A DNA stretch of 64,000 nt, taken from contig NC_047062.1 in the NCBI RefSeq assembly GCF_902459465.1, positions 26,040,001 through 26,104,000 on the forward strand, written 5' to 3'. Shown here one piece after another: positions 22,763 to 35,840 of the stretch. Position 1 is the first letter of the stretch, and each line of letters starts with the position of its first letter. Both the position numbers and the translations under genes were made by a program. The notes beneath the pieces were generated by a model, which was given only the letters and a program-made list of their open reading frames with translations, did no database searches and had not been told where the DNA came from. The DNA is from Asterias rubens. Taxonomy: Eukaryota.

Positions 22763-25104
22763 ATAAAGATTGGATGGGGGGGGGGGGCGCTGATTGAGAT
22801 GATAATGATGATAATAATTGGCACCTGTAAATGGGTTGATCTTATAGTTATAAAATTACCCTAACCCTAACCCGCAGATTGTATCTAAAAGTACATCGAT
22901 CAGTTGTTATTTATGTGCACGACAACAAAATTAAGGACATTAGACTAAGTATCCCTCAATTGCATTAAAGACAATTGTTGGCAATAACCTTTGTCCGAAC
23001 GAAAAACCTATCCAGTCAAAAGATTCAACGAGTACTACATTTAATCTTTCAGAGGTTTATTTTACAATAAGGTCTCACATCAAAATCAATTGAATTGTGA
23101 GGTAGTGATGTATAACAACCGAAACAGTCACCTTTTGGTTGGCAGCTCTCCCTTCCTGCCTTGCATGTTAATATAGCCACAGTACAATGGAGGCTAAATA
23201 AAGATCTTTAATTCAATAGCAATTAGGCCTATTTTAAAACCCACCGGCTTTATGAAGAGTATTTTATCATTTTTTATTTGTTTAAGTTGTGCAAATGCGA
23301 GGTCCTACACGGGAAGTGACTTTAATTAAACGGTATGTGTTTCATGTAATGATATTAGATGACAGAGTTCCAATTGAGTACTGCTTATTGTACACTATCA
23401 TGATTGTATCTTGACAAGGTCCACACTGATGAAAAATCAGCAGAATTTTTCTGTCTGTGATTTGATGTAAGTGTAATACTAATAGAGAAAATTATCATTA
23501 TATCTGCAGTCAGCAAACAAGCTTGAGTAATAGGTATAATTTGACCCTCAATCTTATTATTTTGTTGTTTGCTGTTATTGAAAATAATAAAATAAGCCAC
23601 TTTTCTGTTAATAGTCATATAACGTGTTATAATTTTTGTTGAGAAAAATAAAAAGAAAAATGAAAAAGGTTATTTGAAGTCAAGTTATTATAAATAATAA
23701 ACATGTCTCCTTACCTTTAGTCACTTTGTGTCTTAGTATGGCGTGAAGTGTTAATCTTTCCGACACCTGAAAGAAAATTACAAACACTTAACAAGTGTTT
23801 CTGATAGTATCCTAACACTTCATGTGCTACTGAATGCTAGCAGACGACACTATTCTCAACGTTATTAGTTAAAACTATTTGTTGCCCTCTAGAGGGCTCT
23901 GTTGTACACAATTACAAAACCGGCTGGGTGTGTACTGCAGGCATAATATAGGTCGTTTAGCTCCCCCCCTGGGTCCACCCCGGTGTGTGGCGTGTTTTTT
24001 TTCCAGGACCAACGTGTGCAGATAATTACCCACGTTCGTCATGGAAAAAAAAACCGCCACACACCGGGGTTGACCCAGGGAAGCTAAACGAACGCAGTTA
24101 CTAATGTTACGCCAACTTCTGCGATTTTTGGGGGTTTCCCCATATACAGCGAACGTTTTTGTAATAAAGTGACTCATTTATTTGGTCGTTATTCAAGATG
24201 CTAAAACGAGTATGCAAACACGGTATCTCTGTGGCTCATAAACATCAGAAATGGTGTTTTATCATGGGTCAAAGAGACACCAGTTTAAAGTCGATAAACA
24301 TTGCCAAGCAGTTTGCTAAGGAGTTTTCGGGTCAGTTACCGGAAGAACCTGGGGCTCGGTTACCGGAAGAACCTAAAAGAGGTAAGCTTTTAAGTTTTAT
24401 CCTGTTATTATATCATTGGACAAATTTCATTGTCATAACCAATGAATGTTATTGTTATGCCAGAATCTGCATGAAACCTGTTTTTTCTGTAATGTACTGA
24501 TCGAGGATCAAACTGTTTCAAGTACGGTATATCCCTGGAATGTTTTTGTCCGAACTGAAGTTAAGACGTGAACTGTGATAGTTGCGATAACATAACCCTC
24601 CCCCGACGGCTTTGAAAGCAGAACGAAACTCATAGAGTAGTAGTACTAGTACTACACCCTTCTTTTTAGAAGCCCGGAATCAGACATAAATGAAAGATAC
24701 AGAAATTTAAACAAACAATATTGCGTGTGCACCGTCGTGTTGAAACCATGGAGCATTGTCAGGTGACGTGAACCCGGGAATTCCCTACAAAGATTATTTT
24801 CGGTAAACGCGCATCTGTCGAGCGCAATCTGTGTTAGTTGACGTTTTTTGAAATTTACGCACGGTAATTTTATTACATGCAAACACGAATACAAATCGCG
24901 CGCGCCCGCGCAAAATCAAAACAATATTGGCATTTTCGAAGATTGCGCCAATAGCTGGCGGGCGCAGCCATAAATAAGTTCATGCATTTAACGCAAACGT
25001 TATCGCAATTTAGCATGGGATGACACGTACGCTTAACTCCAGCAGGCAAAGGTCATATTATTATTGACCACTGTGAAACATAAGGTACCTGAGTTAAGAT
25101 CATC

Positions 25105-27793
25105 ATGTGGTGGGTAGAGAAACTTGAATCTGCAAACAAGCTCATACTTTTTCAAAATAACCGTCCAGTCCGAAATGAACATGATGTTTTAATTTTCATC
25201 GTGGCTGTCAGTGCATTGCAAGAGGATGAAACTGGAAGAAATATAACGGTAGGTAAATACTATAGTATTATTTTTACTAGCCCCATAAATCGGTCCAATC
25301 CATGCCACAAGGCTACGGAGTGGATTGGACCGATTTATGCACAAGGCTACGGGACCGATTTATGGGGCTAGGTATAATACATGAACCTCAAAACATTTCT
25401 TTAATTTTAAATAAATGATGGTCTTTGACTTCTGGGCCTTTGTGCATGTTCCGAGTTTATCTTTTGCACCACAATGTATATTGATGTTTGTGCAATAAAA
25501 AGAATAACGACTTCAGGCTACACTCAATTCTGTCCAAATCAAATTAGTAAATGTTCAAAGTTGTCTAGTTGCGATAACGTAACCCTCCTACCTATAGCGA
25601 GGGTTACGTTATCGCAACTAAAAGTTGTCCTGCTAATCATCTGTCTCCTCAGGTCAGTTTTGAAAACGGGTCGAGCCTACAGCTATCCCTGGATGATTTC
25701 AGTCAAAGAGACACCAGTTTGAAGGCAGATTTGAAGGCAATAAACTTTGTCAAGCAGTTTGCTAAGGAGTTTTCGGGCCAGTTACCAGCAGAAGAACAAC
25801 CTAAAACTAAAAAAAGCGGTAAGCTTTTAAGTTTTATCCTATATCCAATTTCATTTGATAAAATTTCATTGTCACAACCAATGAATATTATGCCATATTC
25901 TGCATGAAACCTGTTTTTTTTTCTCAAATGTACTGAGGATCAAACTGTTTGATTGAGTATATCCCTGGTAATTTCTTGTCTGAACTGAAGAACTAAAGAA
26001 GGCTTGGACTTGAAACCTAATTTTGGTTCAACAATTCACAAGCTTTAAAACCTGATTATGGTTAGACCAGGTACTGAGATTTTAAACCTGCTTAGTTATC
26101 TTTTAATTCTAAGTAAAACTTTCATCGTATACAACATGTAACCCTTTAGTGATCAAAAAGAAACATTGTACATTCCAGGGCCTTTTTGGCAGGCATGATA
26201 GTACTACACTTATCATTATGTAAATTTGTTAATTTCATCTTCAATTCAAAAATTAGTTATAAAAGTAACGGCTGAATAGGTTTTAAAGATGTGCCCTTTT
26301 CTTCATATCAAACTTTGCTAAAAATTAAACAGCACACTTTCCATGAACGAAGATAATTTATAAGATTTGTTGTTTTCATGAGGAGTTTTTGGGATGCGAG
26401 GTGGCAGCAGACTTACCAGGTATATCTATTGTTCTCTGTAATGTGAGCATTCTCAGATATGCGTAAACAATGAAAATTTACCTGGTAGGTCTGCTCTGCT
26501 GCCACCTAGTGCCCCAGAGTATCCCCCATCCCTGAGTTGTGTACAAATTGTACCTGCACTCGCAGAGTCCAGGCTCTGTGGCTGTTTTGTGTGATGCCTA
26601 TTACATGGTTGTAGTGGTTGTATTATTTTTATATTTTAGGCTATGGTGTGCGACATGTTGTAGCAGGGTGTGTTGTCGGAGTAGGTGCTGTTGCTGCAGC
26701 TCCATTTGTACTCACTGCTGTAGGATTTACATCAGGTGGAATAGCAGCAGGATCCATTGCATCAGGCATGATGTCTTCTGCAGCAATTGCAAATGGTGGC
26801 GCTGTTGCAGCAGGAAGTGGAGTGGCTGTTCTGCAGTCAGTTGGAGCTGCAGGGTTAGGAGCTGCAGGTACTGCTGCAGTTGGTGGTGCTGGTGCAGCAG
26901 CTGGGGCTGGTGCTTCTGGTGTAGCAGGTTTCTTTCAGAATTACTTTAGAGGTAGGGTCATAGATTGGTTATTGTCTGTCGAATCCATGTGATTGAGTAC
27001 GCAATACAAATTTTGACGTTACAAATTCGCAGCGAATAATTCCCAACAGTTGAACTGTGTTCAACTCCTGCAAAACATTCGCTGGAAAATAGCCATGTGA
27101 CGTCAAAATTTGTATTGTTTTCACATTTGCAGGAAGACATCCACATGAAAACATACTGATTAAAAATATTCAAGGCAGAGGACACTGTTGGTAATTACTC
27201 AAAATAAATTTTAGCATAAAACATACTTGGTAACAAGCAATGGAGAGCTGTTGATAGTATAAAACATTGTGAGAAACGGCTCCCTCTGAAGTATCATAGT
27301 TTTTGAGAAAGAAGTAATTTTCCACGAATTTGACTTCAAGACCTCAGATTTAGGTTTTGAAGTCTCAGAATCAAGCATCTGGAAGCACACAACTAGTGTG
27401 ACAAGGGTGTTTTTTCTTTCATTATTATCGCGCAACATCGACGACCAATTGAGCTCAAACTTTCACAGGTTTGTTATTTTATGCATAGTTGAGAATACAC
27501 CAAGTGAGAAGAATGGTCTTCGACAATTACTAACCTGTATACCGCAGTTGAAACTAATTAACAGTGAGTTTTTAATATTTCTCCATAATTTCTCTCACAG
27601 ATCCATTTCTTATTCTTTTCTTCTAGGACGTGGAGACTCTACAACCGAGAACAAGACCTCCAATACAACACAGGAGGATGATGATTATGATAATAATGGT
27701 GATGGGGAAGATGGGGATGGGTGGGTATTGGGGGAGGGGGAGAGGGTATGGGGGGTTATGGTTATGATTGGGATGATGATAATGATTAGATAA
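25105..27793 (+). CDS. IFI27-like: ISG12/IFI27-family protein 2 (exons 25105-25248, 25653-25818, 26640-26951, 27627-27793); tail shifted by a 1-G deletion
   Basis: Duplicate of gene 1. A G6 run is G5 near 27736-27740, changing the C-terminus to ...GEGERVWGVMVMIGMMIMIR*. Confidence 0.8.
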
Positions 27794-29158
27794 AGATTGG
27801 ATGGGGGGGGGGGGGCGCTGATTGAGATGATAATGATGATAATAATTGGCACCTGTAAATGGGTTGATCTTATAGTTATAAAATTACCCTAACCCTAACC
27901 CGCAGATTGTATCTAAAAGTACATCGATCAGTTGTTATTTATGTGCACGACAACAAAATTAAGGACATTAGACTAAGTATCCCTCAATTGCATTAAAGAC
28001 AATTGTTGGCAATAACCTTTGTCCGAACGAAAAACCTATCCAGTCAAAAGATTCAACGAGTACTACATTTAATCTTTCAGAGGTTTATTTTACAATAAGG
28101 TCTCACATCAAAATCAATTGAATTGTGAGGTAGTGATGTATAACAACCGAAACAGTCACCTTTTGGTTGGCAGCTCTCCCTTCCTGCCTTGCATGTTAAT
28201 ATAGCCACAGTACAATGGAGGCTAAATAAAGATCTTTAATTCAATAGCAATTAGGCCTATTTTAAAACCCACCGGCTTTATGAAGAGTATTTTATCTTTT
28301 TTTATTTGTTTAAGTTGTGCAAATGCGAGGTCCTACACGGGAAGTGACTTTAATTAAACGGTATGTGTTTCATGTAATGATATTAGATGACAGAGTTCCA
28401 ATTGAGTACTGCTTATTGTACACTATCATGATTGTATCTTGACAAGGTCCACACTGATGAAAAATCAGCAGAATTTTTCTGTCTGTGATTTGATGTAAGT
28501 GTAATACTAATAGAGAAAATTATCATTATATCTGCAGTCAGCAAACAAGCTTGAGTAATAGGTATAATTTGACCCTCAATCTTATTATTTTGTTGTTTGC
28601 TGTTATTGAAAATAATAAAATAAGCCACTTTTCTGTTAATAGTCATATAACGTGTTATAATTTTTGTTGAGAAAAATAAAAAGAAAAATGAAAAAGGTTA
28701 TTTGAAGTCAAGTTATTATAAATAATAAACATGTCTCCTTACCTTTAGTCACTTTGTGTCTTAGTATGGCGTGAAGTGTTAATCTTTCCGACACCTGAAA
28801 GAAAATTACAAACACTTAACAAGTGTTTCTGATAGTACCCTAACACTTCATGTGCTACTGAATGCTAGCAGACGACACTATTCTCAACGTTATTAGTTAA
28901 AACTATTTGTTGCCCTCTAGAGGGCTCTGTTGTACACAATTACAAAACCGGCTGGGTGTGTACTGCAGGCATAATATAGGTCGTTTAGCTCCCCCCCTGG
29001 GTCCACCCCGGTGTGTGGCGTGTTTTTTTTCCAGGACCAACGTGTGCAGATAATTACCCACGTTCGTCATGGAAAAAAAAACCGCCACACACCGGGGTTG
29101 ACCCAGGGAAGCTAAACGAACGCAGTTACTAATGTTACGCCAACTTCTGCGATTTTTG

Positions 29159-29168
29159 GGGGTTTCCC
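29159..29168 (+). promoter_or_regulatory. NF-kappaB consensus site GGGGTTTCCC upstream of the gene 3 chimeric exon (duplicate at 24131-24140)
   Basis: GGGRNWYYCC match ending 57 nt before the ATG at 29226. Confidence 0.35.
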
Positions 29169-29225
29169 CATATACAGCGAACGTTTTTGTAATAAAGTGA
29201 CTCGTTTATTTGGTCGTTATTCAAG

Positions 29226-30990
29226 ATGCTAAAACGAGTATGCAAACACGGTATCTCTGTGGCTCATAAACATCAGAAATGGTGTTTTATCATGGGTCAA
29301 AGAGACACCAGTTTAAAGTCGATAAACATTGCCAAGCAGTTTGCTAAGGAGTTTTCGGGTCAGTTACCGGAAGAACCTGGGGCTCGGTTACCGGAAGAAC
29401 CTAAAAGAGGTAAGCTTTTAAGTTTTATCCTGTTATTATATCATTGGACAAATTTCATTGTCATAACCAATGAATGTTATTGTTATGCCAGAATCTGCAT
29501 GAAACCTGTTTTTTCTGTAATGTACTGATCGAGGATCAAACTGTTTCAAGTACGGTATATCCCTGGAATGTTTTTGTCCGAACTGAAGTTAAGACGTGAA
29601 CTGTGATAGTTGCGATAACATAACCCTCCCCCGACGGCTTTGAAAGCAGAACGAAACTCATAGAGTAGTAGTACTAGTACTACACCCTGTACACTGATCA
29701 TTATTATTATATGAATTCTTTTAAATTTCATCTTCAATTCAAAAGCGATTAGTAATGTAATGCCCCTTTCTTCATATTAAATTTGCTAAAAATCAAACTG
29801 CGCACTTTCCATGATTGAACATAAGATTTTTTTATTGTTTTTTTCAATTTGTACCCAACTCAGGGAGTGGCAGCAGAGCAGCTCTACCAGGTAAATTTTT
29901 ATCGTTTACGCATAGATTTACCTGGTAAGTCTGCTGCCACCTAGCGTCCCGAAAGCCCGGCAGCCCAGCTATATTGACGGGCTGCTGGGCTTTTGGTACG
30001 CGAGGTGGCAGCAGACTAAATCTATGCGTAAACAATGAAAATTTACCTGGTAGGTCTGCTCTGCTGCCACTCCCACTCCCTGAGTTGTGTACAACTTGTG
30101 CCTGCACTGTACGGTAAGTCCAGGCTCTGTGGCTGGTTTAACATGTGATGCCTATTATTCTACATGGTTGTAGTGGTTGTATTATTTTAATACTTTAGGC
30201 TACTGTGTGCGACATGTTGTAGCAGGGTGTGTTGTTGGAGTAGGTGCTGTTGCTGCAACTCCATTTGTACTCACTGCTGTAGGATTTACATCAGGTGGAA
30301 TAGCAGCAGGATCCATTGCAGCATGCATGATGTCTTCTGCAGCAATTGCAAATGGTGGCGCTATTGCAGCAGGAAGTACAGTGGCTGTTCTGCAGTCAGT
30401 TGGAGCTGCAGGGTTAGGAGCTGCAGGTACCGCTGCAGTTGGTGGTGCTGGTGCAGCAGCTGGGGCTGCTGCTTCTGGTGTAGCAGGTTTCTTTCAGAAT
30501 TACTTTCGAGGTAGGGTCATAGATTGGTTATTGTCTGTCGAATCCATCCACATTAAAGCCTGGTTCATACTTCATGTGAATAAGCATGATACGAATTATG
30601 ATGTCCCAAATCCGCAACAAATAATTTCCAACATTTGAACTATGCAAAACATTCACTGCGAAAACAGCCATGTGACAAACCAATTGTATTCATATTCTCA
30701 TGAAAACAAAATTATTTAAAAAACATTAAGACATGGCTATTGTAACCTACCTTACCTCAGTAGAAAAATGACAACAAAAAACACAAACAAACTTAACTTC
30801 GTTCGTTTCATTTAAACAGTGAGTTTTTAATACTTGTCCATCATTTCTGTCACAGATTCATTTCTTATTCTTTTCTCCTACAGTCAAGAAAAAGACATCC
30901 AATACAACACAGGATGAAAATAATGATGATGATGAGGCTGATGATGATGATGGGGAAGGTGGGAAGGATGGGGGAGGGGGGAGAGGGTAG
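29226..30990 (+). CDS. IFI27-like: ISG12/IFI27-family protein 3 with putative chimeric first exon (29226-29409, 30199-30510, 30884-30990)
   Basis: Intact ISG12 exon and acidic terminal exon (VKKKTSNTTQDENNDDDEADDDDGEGGKDGGGGRG*). Only the 3' half of exon 2 is present, fused in frame to an upstream ATG and ending at the conserved phase-1 donor. Confidence 0.65.
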
Positions 30991-33469
30991 GTACGGGGGG
31001 GGGGGGTTATGATTGGGATTGGGATGACGATAATGATTAGTTTAGATTAGATAAGATTGGATGAAGGAGGATGGATGGGGTTATGATTGGATTGGGGCAA
31101 TGATTATGATAAGAGAAGATTAAATGGAGGGGGCTGATTGAGATGATAATTGGCACCTGTACATAGATGGTTGATCTTATAGTTATAAAATTACCCTAAC
31201 CCTTATACGCAGACTGTATCTAGAAGTACATCGATCAGTTGTTATTTATGTACAATACAACCAAATTAAGGGCATTAAACGAGTATCCTCCAATTGCATT
31301 GAAGACTACATAATTGTTGCCAATAAACTTTGTCCAGTTAAAGACAGTGGACACTATTGGTAATTGTCATACACCAGTCTTCTCACTTGGTGTATCTCAA
31401 CATATGCATGAAAAAACAAACATGTGAAAATTTGAGCTCAATCGGTCGTAGAAGTTGCGAGATAATAATGAAAGAAAAAACACCCTTGTCACACGAAGTT
31501 GTGTGCGTTTAGATGGTTGATTTCGAGACCTCAAGTTCTAAACTTGAGGTCTCGAAATCAAATTCGTGGAAAATGACTTCTTTCTCGAAAACTACGTCAC
31601 TTCAGAGGGACGTGTTTCTCACAATGTTTTGTACTATCAACCTCTCCCCATTACTCGTCCCCATTACTCGTAATCAAGAAAGGTTTTATGATGATAATTA
31701 TTTTGAGTAATTACCAATAGTGTCCACTGCCTTTAAAGGATTCAACGAGTACTATAAAAATGTCTACTCTGACACATATATTTCTTCTTTCAGAGGTTTA
31801 TTTACAATAAGGTCTCATATCAAAACATTGAAATGTGAGCTAAACCAGATTGAGTTGTGGGGTATATATAAAAACAGCCAAAACAGTCGCCTTTTGGTTG
31901 ACTGGTCTTCCTTCCTGCCCTGCATGTTAATATAGCCACAGTACAATGAGGCTTGTTATGGGTTCATTAGATTGAGACTCAAAGGAAAGAGGTAATGACA
32001 GCCTGACTTGCTTAAGAACTCTTTGGGTCATGTTCAGTCCAAGTAATGCTTTAGTACATGAGTTATATTATACACTGTATTTTGTCAATAGAGGGTGGTT
32101 TATAAGATGAGTGGTCTTCTATCAACAAGGCTAAAATAAAGATCTTCAAATCAATAGCAATTAGGCCTATTTCAAAACCACCGACTTTATGAACAGTATT
32201 TGGTTTCTTTGTGTAAGTTGTGCAAATGCGAGGTCCTTCACGAGAAGTGACTTTAATTAAACGGTATGTGTTTCATGTAATGATATTAGATGACAGAGTT
32301 CCAATTGAGTACTGCTTATTGTACACTATCATAATTTGTATTTTGACAAGGTCCACACTGTGATGAAAAATCATCTACAAATTATCATTATATAATATCT
32401 GCAGTCAGCAAACATATGGGTGTTTTTACCCTGAGTCTTATTGTTTTGTTGTTTGCTGTCAATGAAAACAATGAAATACGTATACATTCTGTTTTGGACT
32501 TTTGTTATAATTTTTGTTGAGAAAAATAAAAGAAACAAAAAAGGTTATTTGAAGTCGAGTTGTTATAATAATCATGTCTCCTTACCTTTAGTCACCTCTC
32601 TGTACTAGTATGGCATGAAGTGTTAATATTTCGGAAAGATTCCGACATCTGAAAGAAAATTACAAACACTTATTAACAAGTTTTCTGATAGTTCCCTTGA
32701 CACTTAGTGTGCTACTGAATGCTAGCAGACGACATTAATTTCAACGTTAATAACTATTCTTGCCCTCTAGAGGGCTCTGTACACGTACAATCCGCACCAG
32801 ACTAAATTAAAAGCAGTTGCGTGGTTGAGACAGTGGAGACCGTCTTGTAACTGATGAAAGTTTTTGTAATAAAATGACTTAATTCTTTGGTCTTATTCAA
32901 GATGCTAAAACGAGTTTGCAAACACGGTATCTCTGTTGTTGCTCATAAACATCAGAAATGGTGTTTTATCGTGGGTAGGGGACCAACAAGAATGCATCAT
33001 TCAACTAACGTTAAGATGATTTCAAGGGAATCAAGAAGGTAAGACTAGTGTTGTTCCGTCCCAACTTGATAATCGTCCCCAACTATAGTTGGGACTGGTC
33101 CCAACTTGAGTGTTAAAGTTGGGGCGTCTTAACAACATTTTATCTGGTAGTGGTAGTGGTAGGGATGGTCTCAACTATAGTTGGGACAGTCATCATGGTC
33201 ATTGGTACAGTTCGGAGTTGGGACAGCCATTACTCGTGTTGGGACCCCCAGTCCCAACTAGAGTAAAGATTGTAAATTGTCCCAACTGTAGTGGGGATAG
33301 ACCAAATTTATTTAATAATATTTTGGATAACTTTCCGTATGGCGCCACCGCTTTTTTACAAATTTTTACAAAAACGGTATATCTCATTGATTGAGGCAAA
33401 TTAGATACTTTATTATTTCATATCGAATGAAAAAGTGGTGGCGCCATACGGAAACTTTTCCAATTTTTC

Positions 33470-33622
33470 GGGTGCGTTCATTTAGCTTCCCTGGGTCAAC
33501 CCCGGTGTGTGGCGATTTTTTTTCTCCAGACGAAGGTGGGTAACTATCTGCGCACGTTCGTCCTGTGAAAAAAAAAACGCCTCACACCGGGGTCGACCTG
33601 GGGAAACTAAACGAACGCACCC
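33470..33622. mobile_element. Foldback MITE (GGGTGCGTTC...GAACGCACCC); relatives at about 23950-24097 and 28978-29125
   Basis: Near-complete palindrome with a core ccctgggtcaaccccggtgtgtggcg shared among copies. Confidence 0.7.
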
Positions 33623-35840
33623 AGGGAGGGATGGTCTCAACTATAGTTGGGACAGTCATTGGTACAGTTAGGACAGTCATTACTCTAGTTGGGACCCCCA
33701 GTCCCAACGGTAGAAATAACTTGACTTCGCTTGTTCATTCATTGTCTTGGCCCCTAGGGGTAGGCTAGGCATGTTTTTTTGTTTGATGCCCACAAGTTCA
33801 TCTCTATTTGTACAAGTAGGCTCAAACGCATACCACTGTAATTTTCAACATAAAAGTATATAAAATTTAGAATTTCTTGAGAATAATTAATTTACCCACT
33901 CAAACCCTTAGCTACGCACCACCACGCTCCAGCCTCAAAAATACCGTCCCTGAAACTACTTTGCAGACTAGCTTACACCATGAGGCACTGTTTAATCTGT
34001 GCACACACAACTAGCACACAGTAGTCTGGTTCCCTGACCAAAGATTCCTTGACGTCTCTCGTTAGAACTCTTTGGTCAGGTATCACCCACGGTTAAAAAT
34101 AGAGCATGACGCAACTTGTCAGGGTCGGGGGTCATCTCCAGGGAAACCATGTCTGCACATACTACTAGTTGCGATAACGTAACCCTCCTCCCAACGGCCA
34201 CCAGGCCGGAGGGTTACGAGATTATTTTGATCGTCAATTAATTATAATCTGGTTCAACACGTATAATTTTGACAGCTAGTCACCAGATTTTGCCCCATTT
34301 TTACCACTTTTAAAAATCATGAAACTTAATCCTCAATCAATGTCTAACTCTAATGAACACTCACAAGTCAAAACACCTTTGAAAACATATTTTTTACAAA
34401 AACTTACCAGATCCCGGAGCGATTTCCCAGGTTTATATATTTTGAACTTGTCGCATCGCTTTGCAAACGCTTTATTTAGGCACAACGCCTGCATTGGCAA
34501 TAACTGGCATAAAAACTCCTGGATCTATGGCAGACAGCACTGACATTACGAGTCCGTACCGAACATCAACGATACTGTCCGTATGTTAACGACAACATGT
34601 TCGGAACATTTCGGATAACTTCGAAAGAGGAGGAATTCCTCCTTTTTGGTCACGTGATTTTGGGTGATACTGGACCTTAAATTCGACAGAGCCTAGTCGT
34701 AGATTTTTGGGTCTGGGAACCAGACTAAGCACACAGCATCAAAAAACAACCCTGGTACCACTGCAACGCACTGGTACCCTGAATTATTGTCCCAACTATA
34801 GTTGGGATGCCCCAACTTTAACACTCAAGTTGGGACCAGTCCCAACTATAGTTGGGACGATTATCAAGTTGGGGCGGAACATTATTATTAAGAAAAGAAT
34901 AGTGTTTGTTTTTATAGCTCCATGGTTCCGCTATCGTCTCCCACGACCGAACAGCGGAACGAACCTCATTTCTAGGAGAACACACAAGGGAAGACACAGC
35001 TCTTGTTGTTGGTGAGCTGTGTTCGTTTTACCATGTTAACGTCGGTCTTTTAAAGATAGTCGAACAAAAACATCATTTAAAACTATAGAGAGCCTTACCT
35101 GAACCAGCCCTACAATCGACAGTTGCGATAACGTAAAACCCTCCTCCCGACGGCGGAGGAGGGTTATGTTATCGCAACTAAACCAGCCCAACAAACACAT
35201 GACAAAAGATTCAGAAAAAGACATTTCAATTCAGTGGTATTATAATTAAAGAATAGAGATGGTAAGAAGAAAAGTAGAGTAGAGTGAAGCTTTTATTTCA
35301 GTTTCACAGAAGAGCACATTAAACAGATTCCCATTATTATTAAACCTATAATGGTCAGGGACTCTGGCTGAACGGGTTCGGCTGACCTGAACTACTTGTG
35401 AATCGCAACCCTCATCTCTTGACAGCCTGAGGGAGGAGGGTTGTTACGAATCGCAAGGCTGAACAAGGTAATTGTAAAACAAATTGCTTTGATTTATTGA
35501 AATATTTGTACTCATTGAAATGTTTACCTCCTCGACTGTCGTCTATGTGAGTCTGACGAAAGACAACATTTCTAAAATAGGTTTGAGAAAGTGGTTGGGG
35601 TAGATAAAACTCCTGTGTGGCATTTGGGTTCAGTCTGAATTTGGTCCACATACCTATAATATTTGTAAGAGTAAAATGTAATTATTGTTTCTCAACTTGT
35701 TGTCTACTCTCCCTTAATAGTCAAACGATTCTCAAGTGAATCTATTATTTGAAGTGCCCTTAATTGACAACGTAATTTACAGTTGCACTTGATTTTCTCC
35801 TGTATTTATTGATGTCATTTGATTTGACTTTAAACAAAAG

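Larger units (their letters stand above)
19664..29688. repeat. Recent tandem segmental duplication, ~5.0-kb unit (19664-24660 and 24689-29688)
   Basis: Offset 5025-5028; only a handful of substitutions and homopolymer differences seen by eye; 28-bp unique segment at the junction (24661-24688). Confidence 0.92.

Noticed and set aside
34520-35470. Candidate COQ3 5' exons (34908-35011, 35426-35467)
   Set aside because: I could not join them in a consistent phase without creating stops; left unresolved.
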